NCBI GenBank assembly: GCA_964304625.1
Contig: OZ199840.1
Coordinates: 3,547,631-3,611,630 of the forward strand
Reading direction: 5' to 3'
Origin: Kudoa neothunni
Taxonomy: Eukaryota > Animalia > Cnidaria
DNA length: 64,000 nt
Positions within the stretch are counted from its first letter, which is position 1; the number at the start of each line of letters is the position of its first letter. Of the stretch, positions 38,601 through 52,238 are shown in pieces. A program made the position numbers and the translations under genes. Below the pieces are notes generated by a model. It had not been told where the DNA came from. It did not search any database and was given only the letters and a program-made list of their open reading frames with translations.

Positions 38601-40825
38601 TGCTACCTAAAGCAAAGTAAAGTAAAAAGGAATAAAATAACAATCAATCATATTTTTTATACACAGTTAACGGAATATTTGTACTAAGATATAACATGAT
38701 ATTTGGTCTATCAGTATTATCACACAAAATTAATCTTTAATAAACTTTTAGTGCGTTGTAATGATATTTTTGTATAAATAACAGAAAATAGAATTTTTTC
38801 ATTAATAATCCAGAATATTGTGGAGATTGGATTTTACGCGGGTTTTGGGATCAGCCAAAAACCACGCAATAAAAAGTTTTCACGTAGTAACAAGACCTTA
38901 TCCATAGATAAATAATTTCTTATTTGTTACAGATTGAATATATTTACACAATGATAAAATAATAAAAATATTACAGTACTGGATTTCTCTCTCACAAGAA
39001 TGAGGCTGAAATTTTGTAATTACGCAATATTTGATCTCAACTCTATAGAACTTTTAACAGAATTTATCAAATTCTTTATGGATAGATTAATTAAAAATAT
39101 AAAAATATTTTCTAGCGATTTTAGTTATAAGTTGAATAACTTCACTCTAAAATTTAGCTAAGACTTTTACACTGATATTATATTACTTATCAATTCACGT
39201 AGATCTTCTCAAATGCTTATTCTAGTCAAACTCGTGTTAATTTTGCATAAACATTAATATCTGAAATAAAATGATATAGAAAAACCTAAATGATTTGTTG
39301 TGTATTTTCAGAAAATATCGAGGGAAACAAAACAATGAATCTCAGATTACATCAAAATTAATTTACGCCTAATTTTATAAGTAGCTGTAAATCTTCCAAA
39401 AAATATTTTTTCTATCAACTTTTGCTATATTCAAAAAATTATGTTGTTGAGTGAGTTATTAAAAATTTATAACGCCGGCTAATTTCGACCGTTATGCTTT
39501 TTTTTACTTTAAATAACAAAATATTGTCTGAAAAAATATTTTTTTACTTACATTACAATCTGGTAAAAAGTGATATTAGATTATTAAAGCCATATCAAAT
39601 ACGATCATGTATATTCTTTTTAGTTTAATTAATTGAATTACTTTGCATCTGTAATAGAAATGAGATTGTGCAATCCTCTCCTTAATCCTCTAATGAATTT
39701 GGGGTAAATTTTTACCCAAAATTTGTCGGAATGCAGTCGATTTTTAGTATATTAGAGAGTTAAACCGACAAAATACTGGGTTTTGTAAGGTTAATTTATG
39801 AAAAAAGATAACTATAGAGTAAAGCCGTAACCTTTATCCATTTAAAATTAAGGATTGTACATCTAAGCATGCTCTGCTTTTTAAAAACTTATACTGGATA
39901 AACTAAAAACGAATTGAGTATCGATTATTTCCTGAAAATCCATTGCTGAACCATTTAATTATTCATCTATATTTTATAATTTTTTTATTTATCAAATATA
40001 CCAAATACATTTAGTTTCTTCTAAAATACTTTGAGACAGCATACTGTTTAATAATCTCAGGTGAGGGAATAAAAAATATAATTTGTGTTCTAAATAAAAC
40101 CTAAAGTTGTAAAAAAAGGCTAGATTAATCGAGGTGCCTTGTTGACGAAACATCAAGATTTAATACCCATAAACATTTTTCTTCGAGCTCAAACCGATAT
40201 TTTCCCCGTAAATATACATAACCTTCATTTATTTCTAATTCTTTTTTATTTGTGGGAACTAGAAAAATTTAACATTTAGTCAAATAGAATAAAAGTTGAA
40301 TAATATGACTCCTATTGAGTCTGTGCATTCACCAAACAGTCAAGAACAATATTCGGTAAAATTCCTAGAATACATCAAAATGTTGATAAGTTCATAATCT
40401 ATTGACATACAACAATCATTCTGCTCTTAGAATATCATCTAAGGAATAAAAACCAGCTTCGTAATCAGATCAGATCAAGTTTTAGGATTTTTATTTTTAA
40501 TATTCCTGTACATTAGTTTTAAGATTCCTCAATTCTAATAGAATTTACGCTTTGGAGCGAAATATTTCTGTTTTATGAATACCATTGGGTTAAATCAATC
40601 TCAAGTCAACAAATGGATTATTGCCACTCAAATTGTTGTTCCAAATAGTTTCGCCTTCTTAAATTTTATCAACGATGATTGTATCCGGCTCTTTTCTCTC
40701 TTACCATTCAGATTCTTAAATAATAATTTGTGTCTTCGCCGATTTTTTGAAACCTTCAGTACTGCTAGTTTTTGTAATCGAGAAAACATCATATTTCCAT
40801 TCGTAGATATAGCGGATTCGTCTAT
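35655..40825 (-). pseudogene. Unidentified multi-exon gene or pseudogene
   Basis: There are several GC-richer blocks with minus-strand AG/GT boundaries (about 35655-35980, 36183-36390, 37340-37510, 37586-37677, 37726-38210, 40450-40822). Frames are interrupted and no family was recognised. Confidence 0.35.
39686..39759. mobile_element. 74-bp piggyBac MITE (CCCTCTAACG family)
   Basis: TTAA|TCCTCTAATGAATTTGGGGTAAA ... ATTAGAGAG|TTAA. Confidence 0.7.
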
Positions 40826-41484
40826 TTAAACCATATTGTAAAAAAAAAATCTTAAAAGTCCTCATCCAATTTTGATGCAATGAGATCTCTTATAATGGGA
40901 TTCGGTTCATTTATTATTGTTCAGGAATTAATTCAAACGTAAAATTCTAAATCATTATGTGTTAGATGGATGGGATGCTGACTTTAATTCCTCATTAGTA
41001 AAAATACTTTGTATAATTACTAGTTGAAAATTAGAGCAACAAATTCTTTATAACACCCCTTTTATTAAGCTCAAAAAAATTCAATTAAACGATATCACTG
41101 CTATTTATCTGGATATATAAACATTTTCGTTTACAAGAACATTTTAAATTCTCTGTAGAAGATTAATTTACTGTAATATCTCGATGATACACTGGATATC
41201 CTCTTTAAAACATAAAAAATCCATACATGTTATGCTGTTTTATGTTGGAATTAAGCTTTTCCTGAATGTACACATTGAAATATTTTATCCAAAAACTTTA
41301 CGATATCGCCATCCGATCATAACACAAGTAGTGTGGGATAATAGCTGTATATTTTAGATGAAATGACAGCCGAATAATTCGCATAGACAAATTATGTTAC
41401 ATAGAGTATAATAGAATTGATTATTAAGTATTCAAGTTGTATTGTCTCATGCAAAGGTATCGCTGGAAATGGAAAAAAGATAAA

Positions 41485-44400
41485 TTAAATTGGAGAATCC
41501 ATTCCCAAGCGAGTCTCAAACTTGAGGTGATTTCTACGAAAATACAACATATAATTCCTAAAAAACATTATTATGTATAATGCCCATAAAAGGAAATACT
41601 TGATGTATTTGAATTTTACAGTTTCAATAATTACAGAAGAAACAATCGAACTCATAATGACTACACCGACCACAAAGTAAGGTGTATTGGAGATAATTTT
41701 TCCGGTGTATTCCGTGTTGTAGAAGTTTAAGTAGATGGAACACAAAAATCGTATTACTTCAATTACCACTCTAGAAATGAAAATAAAACACATCAGTCTT
41801 CAGGCTCATGATACAGTGGACAAATCATTAGCAACCATCGGAGGATATTTTTCCGACCATATTGGTGGATATTGCTGTGTAATGACACAAAATTTAGACT
41901 AATGATGGCTAAAAATGGAATTAAAAACTTTGTAGCCATATGAAATATACAGTAAAATATAATAACTGATATGGTAACAAGATTATTTACAAACCAAAAA
42001 ACTTGATCACGAAGATGTGGAATTTCGGATAGAAGGTCGATTTGTTGACGTGGGTTAAAAAAGTTAATGTACCCACACTTCAAATGAGATAATGTCGGAT
42101 CTTGTTTATCGATAAATGGTTTTAATTTTTTGCATAGGTGATAAACTGAGTAGCTATGTGTAACGAAGGAAAAAAATAAGCCGTTGAGAAAAGACAACAT
42201 GAGTCCGTAGTAAAATAACGGCATAACAATATCCTTAAAAACATAATAAATAAATTACAGTATTTCACCAATTATTACCTTATACACAGCAGCATTAGGG
42301 GAAATGTTATCGCGAACATAAACAGGATTGGAATTTAAAAGCAACAGTCTCATTGAATAATATGGGATTACCAATGCTACCAACCAAAAACAATAAGGAA
42401 TAGTGAATATATCCAATGAGAGAGATAACAACGACGTCACCAAAGTAAATATCAATACAAAATGAGCTAGCATGAAGAATGCAATCGATGAGTTCAAGTT
42501 ATGCACGAAATTTCGGCTCTAAAAATGTTTGCTCAATAATTTTAAGTAACACAGCACTTTGAAAATACTTGCAAGATCATCTCGGAAATGGATTTAAATT
42601 GTTTAAAATGGAGTACACCTAGCGATGTTAAACAATTGATAAAGCAGGCAATTTGAATTAATGGAGAGTCTAATTTTGTTGATCAAAATTATTAATAGAT
42701 GAATTTAAATATACTCAAATCCACACATTCGTGATCTTCAAAGATAGGCACATAATTTTTAGCCACATCAAAATGATGCGGATGTTTCTTTTGATCATCA
42801 AAAAAATCACATGGCATTTGAAACATCATTTTTGGAGGTGAAACAAGAATGCTTCAGATAGTTACATTACATTTGTGATTGCGATCAATAAATACCTGAT
42901 CTGACATGAAACGTGAATGTATTGAGTGATAAAATTAAAAACATTCCCAATAGCCAAGATATAATCATGATGTTCATTGAGTAACATAAACATCTCTTTG
43001 ACCCCTTTAGCGAGCATTTATATACACATGTCACACTGATATTTGTGATTCGCTTACCAGAAAAAGTGCAATCTGTGTATAAATTGACGTTTAATGGAAT
43101 ATCGTCAACAAATTGGACATGATTTTTAATATTTTTAATTCCAGAAGGTAGTCTGTGCATCTTAGTAATAAAACAAATTTATTACAAAAATTTTTGATCA
43201 TAAAGGATTAGTCTGATAAACAAAATAAATGCTAGGAATATATTTAAAAATTACAATTAAAAAAAGTTATGTCTAGTTATTTTAAAATGTAAATAATTAT
43301 TTAGATTCAATTAGTAATGAACAAATTGAACCAAAATAGTGCATTTATTTTCAGTGATATAACTTCTTAGCGTCTTTAAATCAATTTTTAATATCATTTA
43401 TATGTAAACAACCATCGAAAAAAAATTATATGGGGGATAAAATATTTCCTGTATCAAAAAATTCACCATTTTTAATGCAAACAATATAAATAGAATAACT
43501 CAATTAGTTTTTAAGCCTAATGACATCTTTATTTTAAAAACTTAAAGAAAACCCTACTTTAAAAATAGATGATATGAATTAAATTTATCTTAATTTCCAT
43601 ATTCTAATTTAACTTCCGATTATAATTAAAATAACTACTTTCTCTGTTGGTCGATGGCATTTATATTTAAAAAATAAATTGTTAAAAATATTTGGGTCAA
43701 TATTAAATATTCATATCTTTAAAAATTTTAATTTAAATGTGTTTCATATATCACTGCTTACTTATTCAAATCAATCCAGCGACTTCTGAATAATTAAAAC
43801 AAACTTTTATTCCTATAAATGAGCAAAATAAGTTTACACTCAATTTCATGTGTTATTTAAACGCTTTTACTATGTGAGATTCAACTCGGTCACAATAATT
43901 CAATCTCTACTGCGTAGATTTGACTGTAGTTAAATGTTTATTGCTCAGGGAATGTAAAATAGACGAAGAATATTTAATTTCTCAGATTCTAAAAAATAAT
44001 CTGTACCTGTTATATTATTAGAAGAGATTAAACTTTATCTACTTAAACAAAAAACTGACTAATATTTTCCCTACCACTTTTGAGATTCCTTTGACTTGCG
44101 AGTGTAGCAGAATAAATATGCGAACAAGAATATAATGGTTTAATGTGAAATTATTTTCAGATCAATTATATTTTTTTAATGCGAATAAATAAATAAATTA
44201 TAGTCTCAAAAATTGATCCTAACATTTTCGTAGACAAAAATAGACGAAGATAATGACAAAACTTTATTCATATTTTACAACCTTTAGCTACAAAAAGAAA
44301 AATATTTATCCAATAATTTTTTTAAATGAGCTTATTTATAAATACTTAATTAAATTAAAATTATTTTTTGTATTCTACCTGATTTATATGAAAAAACTGT

Positions 44401-47400
44401 ATTTCATCGTTAGTTCAAATGTAAGAATCGTACAACCAGAAAAATCTGACAAAATATTGATATTTTCGAAGGGCTAACATGACAGTCAAAATCGCACAGG
44501 ACATAATATGACGTTTCATTATAAATCAGACGTATGGATAAAATTTGGAAAGTATTAAACATTAGAATTAACCTACAAAATCCCCAACATTTTAACATTG
44601 CATGAGTCTCACATCCAAAAATAATAAGAATCATGACACGGCGAATCTTATTCATTGCAACAGCATTAAGTAGAAATAATTAATATTGTAAATGATTCCT
44701 TGAATAAAGAAATATATGGTAGACAAGTATCAAAAAAATAAGACAGTTAGTTAATGGTTTTTCGCATTTTTAATAGCGATATAATTTTAATAATTGAGCA
44801 ATAAGTAGATATATAATATTTTTTCAATATACTAGTCGAGATATTTATATCCAACTGATAAATTAAGATAAGCAATTTTCCACTATATTGCCCACAAAAA
44901 TACATGTACTTCTTCTTAACACATTTTGTTTAGAAACTTAAATCCCATAACAGAATAAATAATAAAAAAAACTAATATTTCGGTAGAATAAACTCCCAAC
45001 AAGCGCAAAATCTGTTACTAAAAAACACTTAACATACATTTATATTCACTGTTGAGTGTTTAAATAAATATATACATGTTAAAATGTTTGATAATGCAAC
45101 AATCACATCCTATACGTCCTTAATTTATTGTTTAAAAATAAAAAAAATCTGAATAATTTTCACAAAAACAATCGATCGATCTTGCTCACATAGCTACGAT
45201 AAACAAAATTTGAAATTACATCAAAAAGGTTACTCAGAGTAACGTACTCATTATTTTACTTTAAAATGAAATTTTTCATTATCAATTTATGCATTTCAAT
45301 TAATTAACAGCTACATAAAATATTATATGCGCCTAAATCTGGAGTGACTTATTTACATAATTTTCTCGTCATCTCAAGAACAGTAGATTACATAAAACGG
45401 ATTACCTACTGTATTAAACTTTAAACTTTAAACATCTACAAAATGCTATAAATATTGATTTATGTCATTATTACCTGATTACAACAAATAATGAATTTGA
45501 AAAATATATAAATTAAAGTTATAAAAAACAAATAAAATGTTTATTTGTATATAATTGATTTAATCGACTACAACGCAACATTAATAAAGCTCGAAAATAA
45601 TAACGTAAACTTAGGAAAAGTTTTAATATTTCTGGGAATGAAAGCTAAATGATCTAAACCTAATATTAATTAACTAAGCAATCTGTCATATTCACGCATT
45701 ATTACTTTACTAAATATTACAGACACCAAGTTTAAAACTCAAATCATCCTTAATTTTAATTTAAACCGTAATAGATATCAAGAGAATCTTTAAGATTGCT
45801 AATGGCTTCACTATTAAAAATACCCCTTTCATACAATCCTAATGTTGAGGCTTTTTACATAACAATTACAACCCATAGAAACCTTTCTGTCTAAATTATA
45901 TTTTTGAAACAATTAATATTACATAATTATCATAATACAAGAATCTTTATCTACTACATATGAAATAAATGTTATTTAAAGCTATATTACTAACACCATT
46001 AATTTTTAAATACATTTAATATTAAAATCAGTTAGCCTTAAGTTTGAAGTTTGAGACCATTAATCATAATATTTGACGAAAATTTACACTCGGGATTTTT
46101 TTAAATTTTTTCACTGGGTAGGAAATTTTTAAGAGGTTCAAATAATTTTACATTGTATGATTAAATGATTATTTATAGCTAATTGTTAGATTTTCACAAT
46201 ATTTAAAAAATTCTCATAATCAAAAAAACTAATGATTTTAATTTTATGCGAATCTGCGTTGAATTCTTAAAAAAATTAATCAGGGATTTAGTAAAATTCG
46301 GCCGATTCAACCAAACATAAATCGAGCCTACTTTGTTGGTATCCATAAGAGATCCAGCGTCTTCTTCGGCGAGGGACACGTAACGATTCCAGTTAGATTC
46401 CAGACCGATCGAAGTAGCAAATGCCTAAACGAATTTGGTAGATTAGATCAACGTGTGAATTAATACACGGCTGTTAGTTTGGTTTTCAAATGAGAAATAG
46501 GCGAATCGAATGTGATTGCACGCTAGAATCTCCATGAAATTGTCAACCCCCTAGGGATTGGACAATTATAAGGAGTTTAATCACAGGAAAAAATCACGTT
46601 GGCGGCAATCACTCCGTAAGAAATCATACCAAGGAACGTTTGGTCTTTCAAATAGCTATTAATAATAAATCATCAATTTGACATGATTGAAATAATTTTG
46701 AATTTGCTTCATGCAAAATTACTCATGAGGTTTTTCTCGATATTCGATTGGTAATCGATCACCAGTGAGTGACTCAAAATCAGCATCCGTAAATGGAGTT
46801 TTTGTATTGGAATGCTATAATACGGCAGCATAAATAAATAGCTGTGGCAAAGAGCACATACAAAACTCATATTCTTAAGGTGAGTGTATGGTGCGAAAAG
46901 TTGAGGAAAATGTTCTGAATCACACAGATTTATGTCTGTCTTTATTAGATTGTCAAGATCCTTTAAAACGTTTTATGAATTATTGAATAAAATGCGGATA
47001 AATTAGATTTTGAGAAAAATAATTTTTCACCTGTGTGACAAAATTAAAGCTGAAAAGTTTTTGTTTGTTTATAAGATTGCATTCTGAATTCTAAAGCCGA
47101 ATCGTTTTTACACATGAGAACGATTCAGCTTGATCTCCACTTATACCTCGACCACATTTTTGTACGAGAAAACTACACAAGGGCTATGCGCTAGAAATTG
47201 TTTGTAGATATGGCCTAGTTTGTCTCTAGTTTTAAAAAAATCAGCTAAAGTTATAAAGGCCGCTCATCAAACATTCGAAAACAATACCGATCATTGGCCG
47301 AAAAATTCAGTATCCTCGACCCAGTAAATACATGGCTACAGAGTGAAGACACGAATTCGAACGAACCGTATGAATAAAGATGGATTCCGTGCTGTTGGAA

Positions 47401-49992
47401 TAGGTTTCTTCTGGTGGTGACTGTGAAGCAATTTAACGGTTTGTTTGACTAAATTCAGTTAGCTTATGATTTAATGAGAGTCATTAACCTTAGTAGCCCA
47501 GGAAAAATTAAAATTATTCGCCAAAGTAATTTGTTGTAATTTCTCCGAGTTAAGACACTGCGAAATTAGTGGAATAATGCACTGACAGATATTTATGTTG
47601 AATCCAGTGAGTAGATTCATTTTTTGTTCCAGCTCATCATACGTTATATCGATTAGCTGGCTAATAATTGGAAGATGGCACAGACAATTAAAATGGATAT
47701 TGTTCACCTACAATAAGAGAGATTATATTTGAAAAGGTGCTGTTTAAATTTTATTGATTAGGAAATAACAAATTAATTAGTTAATTAACTAACTAATAAT
47801 TATAAGATTACTATAGCTCTTAAATGATGGCTAAAAATATAATTCTTTTGATTTGATATATCTCTGTTGAGATTGGATTGAAAGTCCTTTTTCAGCGCCT
47901 AAACAACATAATGGCATAAATCCCGCTTATACTGACTGTATACTGATTAGTTGTTCACAATCATGATTACCTTGTATATGGAGTCGAATGTCACCGATAT
48001 CAAATGATACTTTTCGTAGGTGTGCAATTTGGTCATTATTTCTTTTTTTTTAAATTAACGGAATTGAAAAAGTAACAATAAAATTGTTAATTGGTTTATA
48101 TACAAACCTTTTGAAATATTCTCAGGAAAATAATCCGTCTTAACAATCACGCTATTTCCATCTGATCCATTAAATTGTTTCCTTTGTTCGAACTGGATAT
48201 CGTCATCGTCGTCGTAAAAATAGAGATTCTTCGGAGCCAATTCTGCGTGTGTTAATACTCCATCTTTATCCATGGTAACACACGACTAAAACAATTAAAC
48301 AACCACAATTCAATACCAACCATATATAATATGTGTACAGTGATAATAGATAATTGAATGGGAAACAATATATTATAATGTAAATTGAAACTCATAGGGC
48401 TGCCAAAAAATAGAGCCGCCCAATAGTAAACATTGAAACTGAATCCAGTGGGATTGTTGGTAGAGGAACAAGCCTAAAAATAAGCGACATTAACAAATGA
48501 GATAAATGAATAATATATTTGTTAATAATATAGTTTATAAGAGGCAATACATAGGGAGTAGTTTTAAGATTGAGCACGATGGAATTCACACAAGAGATAC
48601 TCGACCAAAAAAGTAAAGGCAGTGTAAAGGGGAAGCTTGCAATGATTAGGCAACTCTTAATAAATAATAGAATAGGAGGTTGGGGGATTGTCTGTCATAA
48701 GAGAAAATACGATAAATCCCAAAACATTCTTTTCGTGAAGAATATAAGGGAAACGCTTGTCCAGTAAGAACTTTATTGTTACCAACGCGACCATTGCCAA
48801 AATCTGCACAACATAATTTTAAATTATTTCAAATAATTTAGTTTGATATACCAAGAAAGCAAGCATAAAATATTCAAAAACTTTTAGCACGAAATTCAGA
48901 TTCAAACTAATGTAGTTGTCTAAGCGAGAGGAAGACAGGATTTTTTCGTTGCATTTTCTACTCAAATCCCATCATAATTACAAAATGCAAAGCAAGCTCT
49001 ACTTTATGTGGCCGATCATAGGAGTATTATTTAAACGATAAAAATTCCATGTAAAATCACTAGTGCTAGAATTTGACGCTGTCGATGTATCAACTGTTTT
49101 CAACTATAGTTGTTACCAATTTCGCAATGTTAAAAATAAAATTATTAAGCTTGAGATGCCTTTTCCAGTTGAATTATATCGGCTGGAATTTGTTCGAGTT
49201 GCTTTTGATTCAATAGAATCACATCGCCTTCCACCATCAAATTCAAAGGCACGCACATCAATTTTTTATCCCTCATAGCTATCATCGAATCGGAACCTTT
49301 AAATTTGTTGAACATTGAAAAGCATGGGTATTTCATTTCGGAGCTATGGGTTGGATTGACGTTAGACTTTTGAAGTTGAATAGAGAAAATCAATTGGATA
49401 ATACCCTCTCCATTTTAATATGTATCTTTCTATGTGTTCCAATCGATTCAACATGTAAGCGCGTCCGTAATTGCTCACATGCCAAAACAACCCCAATGAT
49501 AACATAAATACCACAATCAGGAATATAATAAAAAATGAATTGATCACTATTATTCTAGAAATGCTTAGTTGATTTAAAATAAAATAATAACGCCTTGGTT
49601 ACATCATGTTTGAATTGGGGAAACGAAAATACAATGTAAGAATTGAGGTCACAATCAAACCCAATTGACATACAATATATAACGGTTTAAAAAATAGGGG
49701 AAATAATAGAAATCTTGAAAATAACAACTCATACAAATTTTTCCAAATCCCATAACGTTGATAGGACTTTACAAAATTGGTAATCACCACCTCCAACTTA
49801 CTTAGAGCCTCCGCTGTTGACAGGCCTTCTATATCCACCTAAATTAAATTTATAAGATTTAAGATAATTTCGCGCGAATTTCAACCTTTCTATTCGAAGG
49901 CATAGCAAGTTTTTGTTTCGCGAGATTGACCGATGGCTTGCGAACTTAATTATTACCACACACGAATGTTGATTAATTTTTACTGGGAACAT
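41485..49992 (-). CDS. TMEM94: Transmembrane protein 94 (KIAA0195/ERMA, P-type ATPase-like), multi-exon
   Basis: GLSTAEALSKL, VPLNLMVEGDVILL, CVTMDKDGVLT, IRFAYFSFEN..FATSIGLESNWNRYVSL, RLPSGIKNIKNHVQFVDDIPLNVNLYTDCT and C-terminal KFETRLGMDSPI match TMEM94 motifs in order. Confidence 0.92.
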
Positions 49993-50462
49993 TTAAAATT
50001 ATTTAAAAACATAATTATTTATAGTTTGATTTTTATTTCTTTAAATTTGTTATTTTTATCTTATAAGTGATAATATTTTGATCTTTTTAAGTAGTATAAA
50101 TTCTAATTTAGATGTTATGCTTAAATTTTTGCCAAAATATAATGATATATAATAAACATTTCGTGTTTTTTGCAAATATTTTTGAGAGGATATTTTGAAT
50201 TTGACTTTTTTCCCTTCTATTTAGCTATTTGATTATTACTGTATCAAACTTGATAGTAGCAACGCGATAGTAGGCAAAAAAAGTTACTGTTTTATGCTTA
50301 AACAAAAGGAATTGTCCATTAGAAAGTATATATTTAATATATCTAATATTTTGAGTAATTTTGATTATGGTCAATTATTTCTGGGCAACATAAGCGTAGA
50401 TAAAAAAAAGTAATTATCTTTTCCAATTTATTTTTTTTATAAATCAGATAGAAATAAGCTAA

Positions 50463-51002
50463 TTCTCTGGTGTTTTTGGAGCATAATTTACCCTCAAATT
50501 TATTTTTACAAGTTCAACGTTTATGCAATCATTAAAACAGGGTTTCTCAAAGGTTTTTTCAAATTTTCCCACTCGTTCTGATAAAAATCCAACTTGAACC
50601 TCTAACTTTTGAGCCAAATTCATATGTACTTTAAGGTTTTATACTTATCTAAGTATTATTCGGCTATGCCTCTAAAAGATAAACGAGACAAAGAAGGAAA
50701 CGAGTGATAATATTTTTATAAATAGTTGTTAAATAATCATACCTAAAAACATTCTAGGCATTTCTACGAACATCCTAATTGAGGTTAATAACTCCTGGTA
50801 ATATGACTCCTGAGAAACCCTTAATAACGTAACAAACCGCACCATGCAAAAATTATTCGTATCTAATGTTGATGTCACTTAATTTATCCTATGCCATTTA
50901 AAATTTACCCCTAATTGAAAACCCTTGCTCTGGCAGGTTTTCGGGGTGTAATTTCCGACCAAATTTATTTACATGTAACACATTTATGCAATCACTAGAG
51001 GA
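50463..51002. mobile_element. Composite: hAT MITE (50538-50927) flanked by two ~75-bp piggyBac-type mini-MITE units in direct orientation
   Basis: hAT TIRs CAGGGTTTCTCAA and TTGAAAACCCTTG. The flanks share CTCTGG..TAATTT..CAAATTTATTT..TTTATGCAATCA, and the unit ends CTAGAGGA|TTAA. Confidence 0.6.
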
Positions 51003-52152
51003 TTAAGAATTTTTGATATAGTAAAAGGATTTATTCTTCATCAAATTTGAGTTGATTAATTAAATTTAAAATCTTATGATGGGATAACGCAAAATATATT
51101 AAAAATTTCAAACACTCGTCAAACGGTTGTTTGATTATAATATGTAAAATAAGAACTGTATAAACCGATAATTAAATACAATTATTTTTACATTCTTTAA
51201 GTTATCGGTTTTTAGTGAGATTAATAATAAAAGTTTATGAAATGAATAAATATTTTTATGAAATCAGTCTTCAATGTGCATTATAAAAATGCATATTAAT
51301 TTTACTAATTTCCTGCTTTTCCTTAAAAGAATTTTATGATTTTACAGATATAATTAATCACTCATACAACAAATATTTATTGATATTTAAAGCAATTATT
51401 GCTTGAACCATTGGTTTCGACATTTGTTCCGATTCCATATAACATAGTGTGCGTTTTGCGTTAAACGCCATTGATCTATCCACAGTTGGTCGGGATTTCA
51501 AAATTGTGTTAGTTTGAAATTTTTTCACATTTTTAAATAATATAACAAATAATTTGGAACATTAGGAGTCGATTTTTAAGTATCCTCACATTTCATTTTT
51601 CTGTATCAACTGCAAGTCGTGAAATGGATTACTCATCGATAATTGAGGTTTACTGAACAGAAATATTTTTAAATATCCCAAAATTTAGGCTGAGAGTTAA
51701 CAAAATCTATAGCTGAAAGGTAACGAATAATCTAAATCTCTCGCATTAAAAAATCATAAATTAAAAATAATATGAAAATCATCACAATAGCTTAACTTAT
51801 TTCTTATCATTCTCTAAATAACAAGTAACCGGGGTATGCCTTCATATCAAGAAAAATTATTTATAAGTATGAAAAATAAAAAAAACTATTAATCCAAGTA
51901 TTATGAAATAATATGCAACGTCAAGAAAAAATTAATGTGCACATGAGGATGGATGATCCTTCGGTGTGATAAATTTAACATTTTCACGCTAACTCCTAAC
52001 TCATACGAAAAATGTGAAATGCTTAGAAACTTACAAAATAGTACAGAGATTATTGCATTATATTATATTATATTGTAGGACCAAATATATATATATATAT
52101 ATCAGTTACGAAATCTCATCCGCTGCTTAATTCATTCATCGCTATAGGGATA

Positions 52153-52238
52153 CAGTTGGAATTCGATTATCCGGAAAAAAAATCGTTGGTCCCAAACTTT
52201 CCGGATAGCGCGATTTCCGGATAATCGAGATCCGACTG
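52153..52238. mobile_element. 86-bp pogo/Tigger-like MITE
   Basis: TA|CAGTTGGAATTCGATTATCCGGAAA ... TTTCCGGATAATCGAGATCCGACTG|TA. Confidence 0.8.

Noticed and set aside
41793-41800. Apparent frameshift between the TMEM94 ORFs 41793..42224 and 41485..41793
   Set aside because: It is explained by a short GT-AG intron (GTATCA...TTCTAG).
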